A DNA stretch of 64,000 nucleotides, from positions 1,408,001-1,472,000 of the forward strand of contig OZ245366.1 of NCBI GenBank assembly GCA_965226585.1, written 5' to 3'. The position numbers and the translations under genes are program-made. Of this stretch, positions 41,462-57,870 are shown one piece after another. A model generated the notes under the pieces. It ran no database searches. It saw only the letters and a list, made by a program, of their open reading frames with translations, and was not told the origin of the DNA. Within the stretch, counting starts at the first letter, position 1. The number at the start of each line of letters is the position of its first letter. This DNA is from Thermodesulfobacteriota bacterium. Lineage in GTDB: Bacteria > Desulfobacterota_D > UBA1144 > Nemesobacterales > Mycalebacteriaceae.

Positions 41462-42475
41462 ATGAGTGAAGAGACACAGGAAATACAAAGCGGCGGCGAG
41501 GAGCTGAAAATGAAACAGCTTCTTGAGGCCGGAGCGCATTTCGGGCACCAGAAAAGCTACCGCAACCCCAAGATGGAGCCCTACATTTTTGATGTTCGCA
41601 ACGGGGTTCACATAATAGATTTGCAGAAAACCGTGGAACTTTTCAAAGTTGCCTACGAGTTTATTTTCAGCCTTATTTCAAAGGGCGGCGTCATTCTGTT
41701 CGTGGGAACAAAACAGCAGGCAAGCGGAATTATCAAAGAAGAGGCGGAACGCTGTTCCATGCCGTATGTGAATATGCGCTGGCTCGGCGGAACGCTTACA
41801 AACTTCAGCACAATCCGCTCGCGCCTCCAGTACATGGAAAGCCTCAGACAGCTTGAAGAGGAAAAAAAGATAGATCTTCTGCCCAACAAGGAAGCCATAA
41901 GACTGAGAAAAGAAGAAGCCAAACTGTCGGGGCTTCTGGGCGGTCTCTGCTCTATGAAGAAACTTCCCGATGCGGTGCTTATTGTTGACACGCACAAAGA
42001 GGTGAACGCTTTCAAAGAGGCGAAAAAACTGGGCATTCCCATCGTGGGGCTTGTGGACACAAACTGCGACCCTACGGGAGTTGACTACATCATTCCGACA
42101 AACGATGACGCGATGAGAGCGATAAAACTGTTCGCCTCAAAAGTGGCGGACGCTTGTGTTGAAGGGGCGAAAGCGTATGCGGAAACCGTGAAAGACATGC
42201 CCGAAGACCAGCGCAGAGAGCAGGAAGAGGAGACAGACGGACCCATAGTTGAGAAGAAGATGTACGTGTTCAGGAAGTTCGGCGAAGAAGAGGAAGACGA
42301 AGGCGGCGAGAAGGCAGCCGCAAGCGCGCCTCCCGCTGAGACGGCACAAACCCCTGAAAATGCCGGAAAGGCAAAAGAAGCCGCGCCTGAGGGCAAGGCG
42401 GAGAACGGTGAAGGCGGGGAAACTGAAGAGAGCGGTGAACAAAGCGGAGAGAGCGGGAAGGAGAAAGAGGAGTAA
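41462..42475 (+). CDS. rpsB: 30S ribosomal protein S2 with acidic C-terminal extension
   Basis: LLEAGAHFGH, RWLGGTLTN, DTNCDP, NDDA. Confidence 0.98.
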   Translation: MSEETQEIQSGGEELKMKQLLEAGAHFGHQKSYRNPKMEPYIFDVRNGVHIIDLQKTVELFKVAYEFIFSLISKGGVILFVGTKQQASGIIKEEAERCSMPYVNMRWLGGTLTNFSTIRSRLQYMESLRQLEEEKKIDLLPNKEAIRLRKEEAKLSGLLGGLCSMKKLPDAVLIVDTHKEVNAFKEAKKLGIPIVGLVDTNCDPTGVDYIIPTNDDAMRAIKLFASKVADACVEGAKAYAETVKDMPEDQRREQEEETDGPIVEKKMYVFRKFGEEEEDEGGEKAAASAPPAETAQTPENAGKAKEAAPEGKAENGEGGETEESGEQSGESGKEKEE

Positions 42476-43080
42476 TGGCGGACGTTACCTCAACAATGGT
42501 CAGAGAGGCGAGAGACCGCACGGGAGCCTCTTTTATAGACTGCAAAAAGGCGCTTGAAGAGTCCGGCGGCGACATGGACAAGGCGCTTGACATCCTCAAG
42601 ATAAAGGGCGCGGGCAAGGCGGGAAAGAAAGCGGGCAGAGAAACTCCCGAAGGGATTGTAACCTCTTACATTCACCCGGGCGGCAAGATAGGCGTTATGC
42701 TTGAAATCAACTGCGAGACTGATTTTGTTGCGCGAAACGAGGAGTTTGAAAACCTTTCAAAAGAGATAACGATGCAGATAGCGGCAACGGGTCCTCTCTA
42801 CACACGCAGGGAGGAAATCCCTGAGAATGTTCTTGAGAAAGAGAAGGAGATTATCCGCGCCCGCGCGAAGGAATCCGGCAAGCCGGACAAGATAATGGAC
42901 AAGATAATTGACGGCGGAATTGAGAAGTTCTACAAAGAGGTATGCCTTCTTGAGCAGGAATACATAAGAGAGCCGAAAACAAAAATTCAAGACCTTGTAT
43001 CGTCTGTCATATCAAAAACGGGCGAAAACATAGTGGTCAGAAGATTCACCCGGTTTCAACTCGGAGAGTCCGCTGACTGA
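42475..43080 (+). CDS. tsf: Elongation factor Ts (short form)
   Basis: DCKKAL, EINCETDFVA. Confidence 0.96.
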   Translation: MADVTSTMVREARDRTGASFIDCKKALEESGGDMDKALDILKIKGAGKAGKKAGRETPEGIVTSYIHPGGKIGVMLEINCETDFVARNEEFENLSKEITMQIAATGPLYTRREEIPENVLEKEKEIIRARAKESGKPDKIMDKIIDGGIEKFYKEVCLLEQEYIREPKTKIQDLVSSVISKTGENIVVRRFTRFQLGESAD

Positions 43081-43091
43081 ACTCATTTGAG

Positions 43092-43838
43092 ATGCCGCCT
43101 ACCCGCAAAAAAAAGAAAAAAAAGGTTTACAACAGAATTCTCCTGAAAATCGGTGGAGAAGCCCTTCAGGGCAAAGATGAATTTGGTATAGACATTGCCG
43201 CTCTGGACAATGTGTCGGTACAGCTCAAGAAGTTGACTTCTCTGGGCGTTGACATAGCCCTTGTAATTGGGGGCGGAAACTTTTTCAGGGGCAATTCCAA
43301 CCACGCGCGCGGCATGGACAGGTCAACGGCGGACTACATGGGAATGCTTGCGACCGTGATAAACGCCATCGCGCTTCAGGATTCTCTTGAAAGGCAGGGA
43401 GTTGACACGAGGGTTCAGAGCGGGCTTGAAATCAAGCAGGTAGCCGAGCCGTTCATCAAGCGGCGGGCTTTGCGGCACATTGAGAAAGGCAGGGTTGTAA
43501 TTTTTGCCGCCGGAACGGGAAATCCGTTTTTCACAACAGACACGGCGGCGTCTTTGCGGGCGCTTCAAATCGGGGCGGACGCGGTTTTGAAAGGCACAAA
43601 GGTTGACGGCATATACGACAAAGACCCGAAAAAGCATTCAGACGCCACCATGTTCAGCGAACTCACCTACATGGAGGTGATTCAGAAGGAGCTTGACGTG
43701 ATGGACACGACCGCCATATCGCTTTGTATGCAGAGCGGGATACCGATAGTGGTTTTCAATCTGTTCAAGCCGGGCAATATGGAGAAGGTTATTCGCGGCG
43801 AGAAGATAGGAACAAAGGTTTGGAGTGGAAAGCAGTGA
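43092..43838 (+). CDS. pyrH: UMP kinase
   Basis: LLKIGGEAL, GGGNFFRG, DYMGMLAT, GNPFFTTD. Confidence 0.97.
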   Translation: MPPTRKKKKKKVYNRILLKIGGEALQGKDEFGIDIAALDNVSVQLKKLTSLGVDIALVIGGGNFFRGNSNHARGMDRSTADYMGMLATVINAIALQDSLERQGVDTRVQSGLEIKQVAEPFIKRRALRHIEKGRVVIFAAGTGNPFFTTDTAASLRALQIGADAVLKGTKVDGIYDKDPKKHSDATMFSELTYMEVIQKELDVMDTTAISLCMQSGIPIVVFNLFKPGNMEKVIRGEKIGTKVWSGKQ

Positions 43839-44401
43839 GCGAGGCGACTGAAAGCATAAAGAGTCAGACTGCTGAGAGGATGGGCAAAACCGTTTCCGCG
43901 TTAGAGGTGGAGATGGCAAAGTTGAGAACGGGAAAGGCGTCCACGGGTTTGATAGAGACGCTTGAGATTGATTATCACGGGGCGAAGATGCCGCTTAATC
44001 AGGTGGCGGGTTTAACCGTGCCGGATCCGCAAACGGTTTTGATACAGCCGTGGGATGAGACGGTGATTGCGGACATAGAGAAGGCGATAAATCAGTCTGA
44101 CCTTGGAATTGCGCCCGCAAGAGACGGGAAGATGATACGGATATCCATTCCGCCGCTGAGTGAAGACAGGAGAAAGGAGTTTGTAAAGATTGCGAACAGA
44201 ATAGCCGAAGACCACCGCGTTTCCGTCAGGCAGACAAGGAAAGACCTCAACACGAAGGTAAAGGCGATGGAGAAAGAGGGTGAATTGTCTGAAGATGAAA
44301 GCAAAAAGACCCAGACGGACATTCAGAAAGCCACTGATGAGTTTATTGGAAAGATAAACTCAATGCTTGGGAAGAAAGAGAAAGAGATTTTAGAGATTTA
44401 G
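43835..44401 (+). CDS. frr: Ribosome recycling factor
   Basis: LRTGKAS, IQPWD, PPLSEDRRKE; GTG overlaps pyrH TGA. Confidence 0.95.
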   Translation: MSEATESIKSQTAERMGKTVSALEVEMAKLRTGKASTGLIETLEIDYHGAKMPLNQVAGLTVPDPQTVLIQPWDETVIADIEKAINQSDLGIAPARDGKMIRISIPPLSEDRRKEFVKIANRIAEDHRVSVRQTRKDLNTKVKAMEKEGELSEDESKKTQTDIQKATDEFIGKINSMLGKKEKEILEI

Positions 44402-44446
44402 GCGGTAAAAACGCCACCCCGTAAAATAAGGGTTTTTTGAACCTGC

Positions 44447-44486
44447 ACCTTGAAAATTGTACAAGTGAGTGTTCAATTTTCAAGGT
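44447..44486. terminator. Long inverted repeat between convergent frr and mazE-like gene
   Basis: ACCTTGAAAATTG...CAATTTTCAAGGT, perfect 13-bp arms extendable to 17 with one mismatch. Confidence 0.5.
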
Positions 44487-44505
44487 TGTTTGATGGGCGA
44501 GTCTC

Positions 44506-44745
44506 CTACCAGATTTCCTTTCCGACTGCGGAATCTATACCCATTTCGGCGTGAATGTTTTCTTTGGTAACGCCTTTCAGCAACTGTGAGAGAGTGAATT
44601 TGCCGTTCAGGGGAGCAATAAGCAATTTGTCACCACACAAACTAATTTCAACAGAGGAACCCTGCTTTAAGTTTGCTTCATCGGCAAAGACCTTTGGAAT
44701 GCGCAACGCCAAACTGTTTCCCCACTTTTGAATATGTGTTTTCAT
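44506..44745 (-). CDS. AbrB/MazE-family antitoxin, no adjacent toxin
   Basis: IQKWGNSLALRIP, TLSQLLKGVT.ENIH.E, GKEIW. Confidence 0.88.
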   Translation of the reverse strand: MKTHIQKWGNSLALRIPKVFADEANLKQGSSVEISLCGDKLLIAPLNGKFTLSQLLKGVTKENIHAEMGIDSAVGKEIW

Positions 44746-44791
44746 ATATCACAGCCTCTTTTTATACGAGTATACACACCGTTTAGTTACG

Positions 44792-47700
44792 TCAAGTTGG
44801 ATTTTCTATTTTCACGAACTCAAAATAACCTCTTTTCAAGAGATTTTCCCGTGCGTTTTCAGCATGCTCTTGCACATTGATATCTTCACTTTTAAGTCCA
44901 GACTGTATTATCAGTTTGGCTTCTTCTTGTCGAACGTAGTAAGTGTCATCCATCTTGGATGTTAAAGCAGAGAAACATTCAACTACCAAAGCAGGATTGT
45001 TTTCTAACATCGTACATAGAGATTCTGTGAAAGTTGAGAATTGATAATCTCTAAAGGACTTAACGACACCTGCAATTTTTAATAAAGATTCAAGCTTCCA
45101 CTTGGCAGGGAAGCATTCAGATTTCATCCAGAAAACAAACTCTTGCAATTCATCACTATTTTCTGAATCAAAACGCCAATTGAAAAATTGAATTATTCTC
45201 TCTTTCAATTCTCCATCAATATCCTGCTCTTTGCTGTTTTTCAGTAAGTGTCCCACATGATTAAATAAACCTGCCCAATAATGTTTTTTTCCTTTAGTTA
45301 GATGGTAATACCGCCTCAACAAACTTATATCATCTGCAAGATTATCTAATCCCCACAAATAGTAGTGAAACAGATGCTGTCCAAGATTGTCAATCACATC
45401 ATTTCCATGAAATTCTTTTTCTAATTGAAACTCATCAATACCATCAAGGGCAAATTGTATATCCTCTTTGAAAAGTTGGAAAATGGGTTCGTAGGGGCTG
45501 GTATAATAGAGAAAAAATCTGAATGCTTCTACCCACTTGAGAGGCTCATAACGCGGAAAGAAAAACTCTTTATGCTGAGTTGCCCATTGTTTATCCAGCC
45601 CATAAATTCTTAAATAGTTTGCCCCAATGATTGCGTATTCAGGTAGCGTCAAGTGATAATCACACTCTGGAGACATGCGCTTTTCAAGAATGTCTACAAC
45701 CTCACAAACTTTAACTTCATCTCCACCTTCTAAATTCCTCCTGACCCAATAACCAAAATTGACTAGATTTTCTAATGAACTGCTACGAGTATTGTTGATT
45801 GCTTCCGCAAACTGGTTATTTCCATCTACTAAAACCTTGTGTCCGGTATCTAGTCTCCAGTCGTGTTGTGTACAGAGCATATCCAACAATTTGGCGATGC
45901 TTTCGCGTTCGGTGATTGGAACATTATTCTCCTTTTTCAAGCAATCTCCTATAAAGTCACTAACAGCACGACGGGGAAGCACCCAATTTACACTCTCTCC
46001 TGACTCGTCACTAAAGGCAAAACCACTTTTTTCCTTTTGGCTCGGATGGGACATTATCCATTCGCAAATCTGGAAACAATTTCCAATATTTGTGAGATTT
46101 CCCTCTTTAAGTTGAGCTTGAAACGCCTGAATCATTGAGCGGACATAAATTGGGCGTTTGATTTTTCTGCAAGCATCTACCCAAAACTGAAAACGCACAC
46201 TATCCTGAAGAATTACATTCTGAAACAATAATTGGAATTCATCTGCAAGTCCCCTTATGCCGACAATAACAAATGGTTCTTCCCTTTCTGTATCCTTATA
46301 CTGAAGGTTGTTGAGTCTTTGTAACAGTTCTTCATCTGGCAAACTCACAAGGGTCTCTTGAGGCAGAGGGCTTTTATAAGAAACCGCACCAGACCTAACT
46401 CCGGGACGAATATAGTCTTCATCTGCAATGGGTTTTGTACTCTTTGAATCTAATTCTTGAAGGCGTTTTTTATACTTGCCAAACAAAACCGATGCAAAAG
46501 GTGCAAGCTGGAGGTGATGAAAATGTTCTTGGTATTCAAGAAACTTGTTCTCGTTATAATCGCCTAATTGATCGTTTTTAGGTGGACCCTCTACAATCTT
46601 TTTGAAAATCATTTCTCGTTCTTCTCTGGTCAACAAATCATCCTTGAAATACTCACACGCACTACGAATCAATCTGTAAAACTCAAAAGAATATTTCCTC
46701 TTCCCATAACATTCACTTGGAAAAACAATATCGCGAATCCACGGTTTTGTTTGTTCATTCACATTTAGAGCATATAAATGTTGACGAAGACGTTTGAATA
46801 CTTCCCATCGATTTCTTCTTAATGTTTTATCTAGTTTTTCTACTATATCTGGAGATGTCTTTTCATAGACTTTTTCACATGCATATGTGAGAGCATGAAC
46901 AATACCTTGCTTGGGTTCTTCATAATCACCTTTCTCATGAGTCAGATTTCTACACCAAATCCTTGACCAATCATGACCTTCCCGTTCATTTAATTCATCT
47001 TTGTGGACAGTCATTTCTATCATTCTGCTTACTTCATTAGCCAAGAGAAGTGCAACTTCATAAGGTTCTTTATCTGCAAGACAAACAACTCCTTTAAGCA
47101 TTCGACTATATTCTCTCTCATCAGCAAAAATTTTTTGCTTTGGTTCTAGGGAGGTGTCGTAGGCATCTGATTTTTCTTTACGTCTTTTTTCTTTTTGGCT
47201 TTCTAGGGGGTCAGGGGAGAATCTGATGATATCCCTCACGAAACTCAACGCTTCTTGAATACAATCTTCTTGCAACCAGTGTATTAAGAGATCCGAACAT
47301 CTTTTCCCCGGCAATATACCGTATTTAGTCTCAAAATATTCGAAAATCTTCGGTTGTAATTTTACAGAACACTCCCCTTTGATTTTTAGCGCAATATCAA
47401 TAATATCTTCATAGACTCTTGAGTTATCAGATGGAGGAATTTCCAACAAGATAGCAACCACTTCATCTGGATTGCTATCTGCTACATTTTTTAAATATCT
47501 CAGTTCCGGCCAATAAGGTAACTGAACACTACTACCATCTGACAATTCCCGTATTGGTGGAGGAGAGCTAAAATACTTTCCTTCTTTCAAAGGTTTGATC
47601 AAAGAAGAATTTTTCAATCTGGAGAAAAAATACTGACGGTCTACTTTCTTCACACAAGATAAAACTTCTCTTATGATTTCATTTGGTAGTTTTGTCCAAG

Positions 47701-48340
47701 ATTTGTTGACTTCATCCAAAATTTCATCTATACGCCTCAACCTTGTATATTGTTTGCTGGCTGCTGCGTACAAGCAGTCCTCTAACATTTTAAAATGTTT
47801 TTCCACTTCACAATCAACACCTTCTTCAAATTGTACTTTACTGAGATGGGTATGTTTCAAAAACCACTGCTTTGCTTCCTTCCAATCTGAGTAAAAGTTT
47901 TTCGGTATCTCGTTGGCATCATAATCGAGCAAATATAGGAAGTATAGTTCCATTTTCTCTTTACTGCTCTTACGCCCCTGCCTGTGTTTGCTAATAATAT
48001 TTTCAATTGTTTTGCAAACATTGCCAGACATAATCCCTTCTCTATTTTCATTTGCAAATTCATTTTCATTTTTCTCAAGTTCACAATCCCAGATTTTCTC
48101 TAAATTATCTATTAATTGTTTGTATTCAACCCTTTCCCATCCTTTTATTCCGGCAAGGTGGACAGGAAGAATATTCATCAAATCCCTTCCAGCATGAGAA
48201 ACGAAAGTTATATATCCATCTGATTTATCCGCGAGAAGGATAACAGCACCTTTGTAAGCATCAGCAAAAACTGAAAGATTTGGGTCATCTCGCAACCACT
48301 TGAATACAACGCTCTGTTTTTCGGTTAAACCTCTCTTCAT
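44792..48340 (-). CDS. Large hypothetical protein (N-terminal HEPN-like helical domain, long helical-repeat region)
   Basis: 1182-aa AT-rich ORF; SHAGRDLMN...KHTH in N-terminus; no Walker A seen. Confidence 0.7.
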   Translation of the reverse strand: MKRGLTEKQSVVFKWLRDDPNLSVFADAYKGAVILLADKSDGYITFVSHAGRDLMNILPVHLAGIKGWERVEYKQLIDNLEKIWDCELEKNENEFANENREGIMSGNVCKTIENIISKHRQGRKSSKEKMELYFLYLLDYDANEIPKNFYSDWKEAKQWFLKHTHLSKVQFEEGVDCEVEKHFKMLEDCLYAAASKQYTRLRRIDEILDEVNKSWTKLPNEIIREVLSCVKKVDRQYFFSRLKNSSLIKPLKEGKYFSSPPPIRELSDGSSVQLPYWPELRYLKNVADSNPDEVVAILLEIPPSDNSRVYEDIIDIALKIKGECSVKLQPKIFEYFETKYGILPGKRCSDLLIHWLQEDCIQEALSFVRDIIRFSPDPLESQKEKRRKEKSDAYDTSLEPKQKIFADEREYSRMLKGVVCLADKEPYEVALLLANEVSRMIEMTVHKDELNEREGHDWSRIWCRNLTHEKGDYEEPKQGIVHALTYACEKVYEKTSPDIVEKLDKTLRRNRWEVFKRLRQHLYALNVNEQTKPWIRDIVFPSECYGKRKYSFEFYRLIRSACEYFKDDLLTREEREMIFKKIVEGPPKNDQLGDYNENKFLEYQEHFHHLQLAPFASVLFGKYKKRLQELDSKSTKPIADEDYIRPGVRSGAVSYKSPLPQETLVSLPDEELLQRLNNLQYKDTEREEPFVIVGIRGLADEFQLLFQNVILQDSVRFQFWVDACRKIKRPIYVRSMIQAFQAQLKEGNLTNIGNCFQICEWIMSHPSQKEKSGFAFSDESGESVNWVLPRRAVSDFIGDCLKKENNVPITERESIAKLLDMLCTQHDWRLDTGHKVLVDGNNQFAEAINNTRSSSLENLVNFGYWVRRNLEGGDEVKVCEVVDILEKRMSPECDYHLTLPEYAIIGANYLRIYGLDKQWATQHKEFFFPRYEPLKWVEAFRFFLYYTSPYEPIFQLFKEDIQFALDGIDEFQLEKEFHGNDVIDNLGQHLFHYYLWGLDNLADDISLLRRYYHLTKGKKHYWAGLFNHVGHLLKNSKEQDIDGELKERIIQFFNWRFDSENSDELQEFVFWMKSECFPAKWKLESLLKIAGVVKSFRDYQFSTFTESLCTMLENNPALVVECFSALTSKMDDTYYVRQEEAKLIIQSGLKSEDINVQEHAENARENLLKRGYFEFVKIENPT

Positions 48341-48381
48341 CTAGCTCTCTCAACCCCTCCCACACACTCTTTCAGCCCCAT
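48337..48381 (-). repeat. Degenerate copy of serS 3' terminus
   Basis: Translates LKECVGGVERAR-stop vs [16 protein letters not shown]; 24/33 nt ungapped over the last 11 codons vs the 51.0 kb copy. Confidence 0.55.
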
Positions 48382-48509
48382 TTTACCTATTGTATAAACC
48401 ATTTTGCTATTTTCCGCTCCCACGAAGTTAATTCTACATTCTCCTACACTCTTTACAATTTGCCAACAAACTCCATTGCGCACAACTCGTTCATCTGCTC
48501 TCTGACTAA

Positions 48510-52405
<3,896 letters not shown>

Positions 52406-52409
<4 letters not shown>

Positions 52410-53239
52410 ATCTGGATACACTCTTCAAGGTTACAGTCTTCAATTTCCTTTCTGATATCTTGCAATTCTTTGTTGCAAGCCAAGGCTAACAAAGATACTA
52501 TTCGCGCCCTATCAATAATAAGCCCTTTCTGTTTGGAACGATTCAATAATTGCACGGCGTTTTCTTCTATGTCAGCAATAGCGTAGACTTTAACCGGATC
52601 ACTACAAAAATTAACAAGAGCCCCCTTCCATAAGTCTATATTAACACCCCCTTTTTCTGTCCAATTCTTACCGGAGCGACACTGAACCAGAAGAATCAGC
52701 TTACCACCTCTTTTATCAACGAATGGACTCCACACAATCAAATCACACTCAGCAAGAATATCTTTCATATTCTTATTTCTATATTCACTTACTGATTCGT
52801 TCGGACTCTCAAACAATTCCTTCTTGCAAAAATCCCACAAATTCTCTCCGCTAAGGTCATCTACATCTTCAAGGCATTTAGATGTACATCCCAAATATGA
52901 ACGGAGGCTATGGCATACAACTTTCTCAAACAATCTACTTAAGCGTTTCTGCTTACTATCACTAAAACTTCCTGCGCCATAGATACAAGCAAGACAAAGA
53001 ATATACTCACTCCTCGCCTTAAAATTCGGATTGACACTAACGGTTTTTGTGATTCTGTCGTACTGAAATACACTATTTCCAAACAGGTCTATCAAACTTT
53101 TGTATCGAGAAAATTCATCATTAACTTCAGATTCATCAAGAGAATTGCCAGTGCTCCGTTGTTCAAGTTCATCCCTTATCTCACACAAGGAAATTCTTCC
53201 TAGTTGAAGCAATTTATTTTCGTATTGAGATGTTATCAT
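52406..53239 (-). CDS. Hypothetical protein, restriction-endonuclease-like
   Basis: LFE...CDLIVW.PF.D.R...LVQC..G.NW resembles a D...QxK variant; ATGA-coupled on both sides. Confidence 0.55.
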
Positions 53240-54348
53240 ATGTCAACTTTTCTTTTTATATCCGACACGGTGTTGTATATGCTGTCCGCCACATCTTTAA
53301 ATTCTCCAAGTTTGTCTCTGTGTCGATCTATGTCCATTCCAGACAATTTGCCACTAACAGTTTCCAACTTTGACTTCACTTGCCTGAGAGATTTCTCAAG
53401 AAAGTTGATTTCACCGCCAATCATATCAAGTGCCGAGTCAATGTTCCTTTCAGCTTTAAGGTGTTCTGTAGCACCTTCGTCGTCAAAAATCCTGCTTAAT
53501 TTATTCGTAATATCTCTGGACTCTTCTATTAAGCGACGCATTTCACCATTATCAAAAAGGCATCTAAATAAAAAACAGAGGTTTTCGAGTTTAGGGTCTG
53601 GAATTGGGCTTTCTATATCTTCTACCTTGTCAAGTGGAGGCAACCCTATGTATTTCTTAATCGGTCCCTGCCCTGTCGCCAACTGCAGAAATGAAAAATT
53701 ATCCTTTGCATCACTAGTATCAAACGTTCCATCATGATCCTCAACCTTTTTAATCAACCTATAGCAAATGTAAGTGCTTCTGGCAGAATTTCTTCTGTCT
53801 CCAATAATTTTTTGAATTTCGTCTATCCCATACCCCTCTTTTTCTTTCAGGTGGACTATATAACGAGCCCTCTCATAAACATCCCACTTCCTTACCCCCG
53901 CCAAGTGATGCACACCCAAAAAAGCCAAAACACTTTTACGGTCTGGGTAAAATAGAACAGGCAAATTCTCCATCTGCTCCCTTAACTCATTTGTAACTTC
54001 ATTCTCATAATCTGACTCGCCACTCATCAACAATTTGATAGTCGCTAACCTTCTATTTCCTTCAACAACGATAAACTTGCTTTTTTCATCTTTGGCATAA
54101 GAGTCGTATTCATCTTGGTCCTGAATACTCTCTTTTCCTTCTGGAATAACCACTAAGGGTTCAGCTTCAAAATAACCGTTCGCAACCATCGAAAGTGCCA
54201 ATTCGTCTAAATTGTAAGCCTTTCTGATGTGGTCAAAAATTTTATCAGAACTTTGAGAACTAACGGATTCAGGCAGACGTGGATTCTGCTTGTCTAAGGA
54301 CAGTCTATTCCAATCCGCACGAATGATTACAGGTCTGATTTGTCCCAT
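53236..54348 (-). CDS. ParB/Srx N-terminal domain protein
   Basis: LDKQNPRL, EPLVV, VVEGNRRLA; start placed at ATG 54348. Confidence 0.75.
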   Translation of the reverse strand: MGQIRPVIIRADWNRLSLDKQNPRLPESVSSQSSDKIFDHIRKAYNLDELALSMVANGYFEAEPLVVIPEGKESIQDQDEYDSYAKDEKSKFIVVEGNRRLATIKLLMSGESDYENEVTNELREQMENLPVLFYPDRKSVLAFLGVHHLAGVRKWDVYERARYIVHLKEKEGYGIDEIQKIIGDRRNSARSTYICYRLIKKVEDHDGTFDTSDAKDNFSFLQLATGQGPIKKYIGLPPLDKVEDIESPIPDPKLENLCFLFRCLFDNGEMRRLIEESRDITNKLSRIFDDEGATEHLKAERNIDSALDMIGGEINFLEKSLRQVKSKLETVSGKLSGMDIDRHRDKLGEFKDVADSIYNTVSDIKRKVDI

Positions 54349-54465
54349 TTTGAAGTCCTTTCTAAAAGAAGAGAGCCCAACTCTATAACATTGCTCTTGC
54401 TTTAAACCCTCCAGCCCCATTGTATATGAGCAAGCATTTTGAGTAAAGAACCCAACTCTTCATTT

Positions 54466-56754
<2,289 letters not shown>

Positions 56755-56760
56755 CAGACT

Positions 56761-57837
56761 ATGAAGATAGGTGTTCCGAAAGAGGTAAAAACCTCAGAGT
56801 TCAGGGTCGCCCTCACTCCACGCGCCGCGCGCTCTCTTGTGGACGCGGGACACGAAGTTCTCGTTGAAAAATCCGCCGGCAAAGGCATAGGCATTGAAGA
56901 CGAACGATACACCGAAGCGGGAGCAAAAATAGCGGAAAACCCCGAAGAAATTTTTTCAAACTCTGAACTGATTGTTAAGGTCAAAGAGCCGCAGGAGAGC
57001 GAATACCCTCTTATCACAAGCCGCCACACGCTTTTTTGCTATCTTCACCTCGCGGCGGAAAAACAGCTTACAGACGCGCTTGTCTCGTCAGGGGCGAAGG
57101 CGGTGGCGTTTGAAACCGTGCAGACACCGGGCGGCGAACTGCCGCTTCTTGAGCCGATGAGCATCATAGCCGGAAGAATTTCCGCGCAAGTGGGAGCGGC
57201 TTTTCTTCAGAAAGACAATGACGGCAAAGGTGTTCTGCTTGGCGGAGTGCCCGGAGTAAGACCCGCGAAAACTCTTGTTGTGGGCGGCGGAACGGTGGGG
57301 CACGGCGCGGCGGATGTTGCCCTCGCAATGGGAGCGGAAGTTACGGTTATAGACAAAAACCCCGCGAAACTTGCCCTTTTTCACGAGCGTTTCGGAGGGA
57401 GAATCAAAACCCTGCCGTCATACCCTTCGCTTATAAATGACGAATGCGCGGCGGCAGACCTTGTTGTGGGAGCGGTTCTTGTTCCGGGGCTTAAAGCCCC
57501 AACCGTGATAAGCGAAGAGGCGATTGAAAAAATGGAGGAAGGCTCCGTGTTTGTGGATGTTTCCATAGACCAGGGGGGATGCTCAGAGACAAGCCGCCCG
57601 ACATCTCACACAGACCCCGTTTATAAAACTCACGGCGTAACCCATTACTGCGTAACAAACATTCCGTCTCTTGCCGCAAGAACGGCAACCTACGCCCTTT
57701 CGGGCAAAATCACCCCATACGTTCTGAAGATAGCGGAGGGAAATTTTGATGAGCCGCTCATAAAGGGCGTAAACGTTGAGAACGGAAAACTGATTATAGA
57801 CCTTTACGGCACGGAACAGCCCCGGAGCCGCTCTTGA
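56761..57837 (+). CDS. ald: Alanine dehydrogenase
   Basis: IGVPKE, KVKEP, YLHLAA, LPLLEPMS, IDQGGC.ET. Confidence 0.95.
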   Translation: MKIGVPKEVKTSEFRVALTPRAARSLVDAGHEVLVEKSAGKGIGIEDERYTEAGAKIAENPEEIFSNSELIVKVKEPQESEYPLITSRHTLFCYLHLAAEKQLTDALVSSGAKAVAFETVQTPGGELPLLEPMSIIAGRISAQVGAAFLQKDNDGKGVLLGGVPGVRPAKTLVVGGGTVGHGAADVALAMGAEVTVIDKNPAKLALFHERFGGRIKTLPSYPSLINDECAAADLVVGAVLVPGLKAPTVISEEAIEKMEEGSVFVDVSIDQGGCSETSRPTSHTDPVYKTHGVTHYCVTNIPSLAARTATYALSGKITPYVLKIAEGNFDEPLIKGVNVENGKLIIDLYGTEQPRSRS

Positions 57838-57870
57838 CTGCCGGAACAAATGGTTGATATTTAGCAAGAC

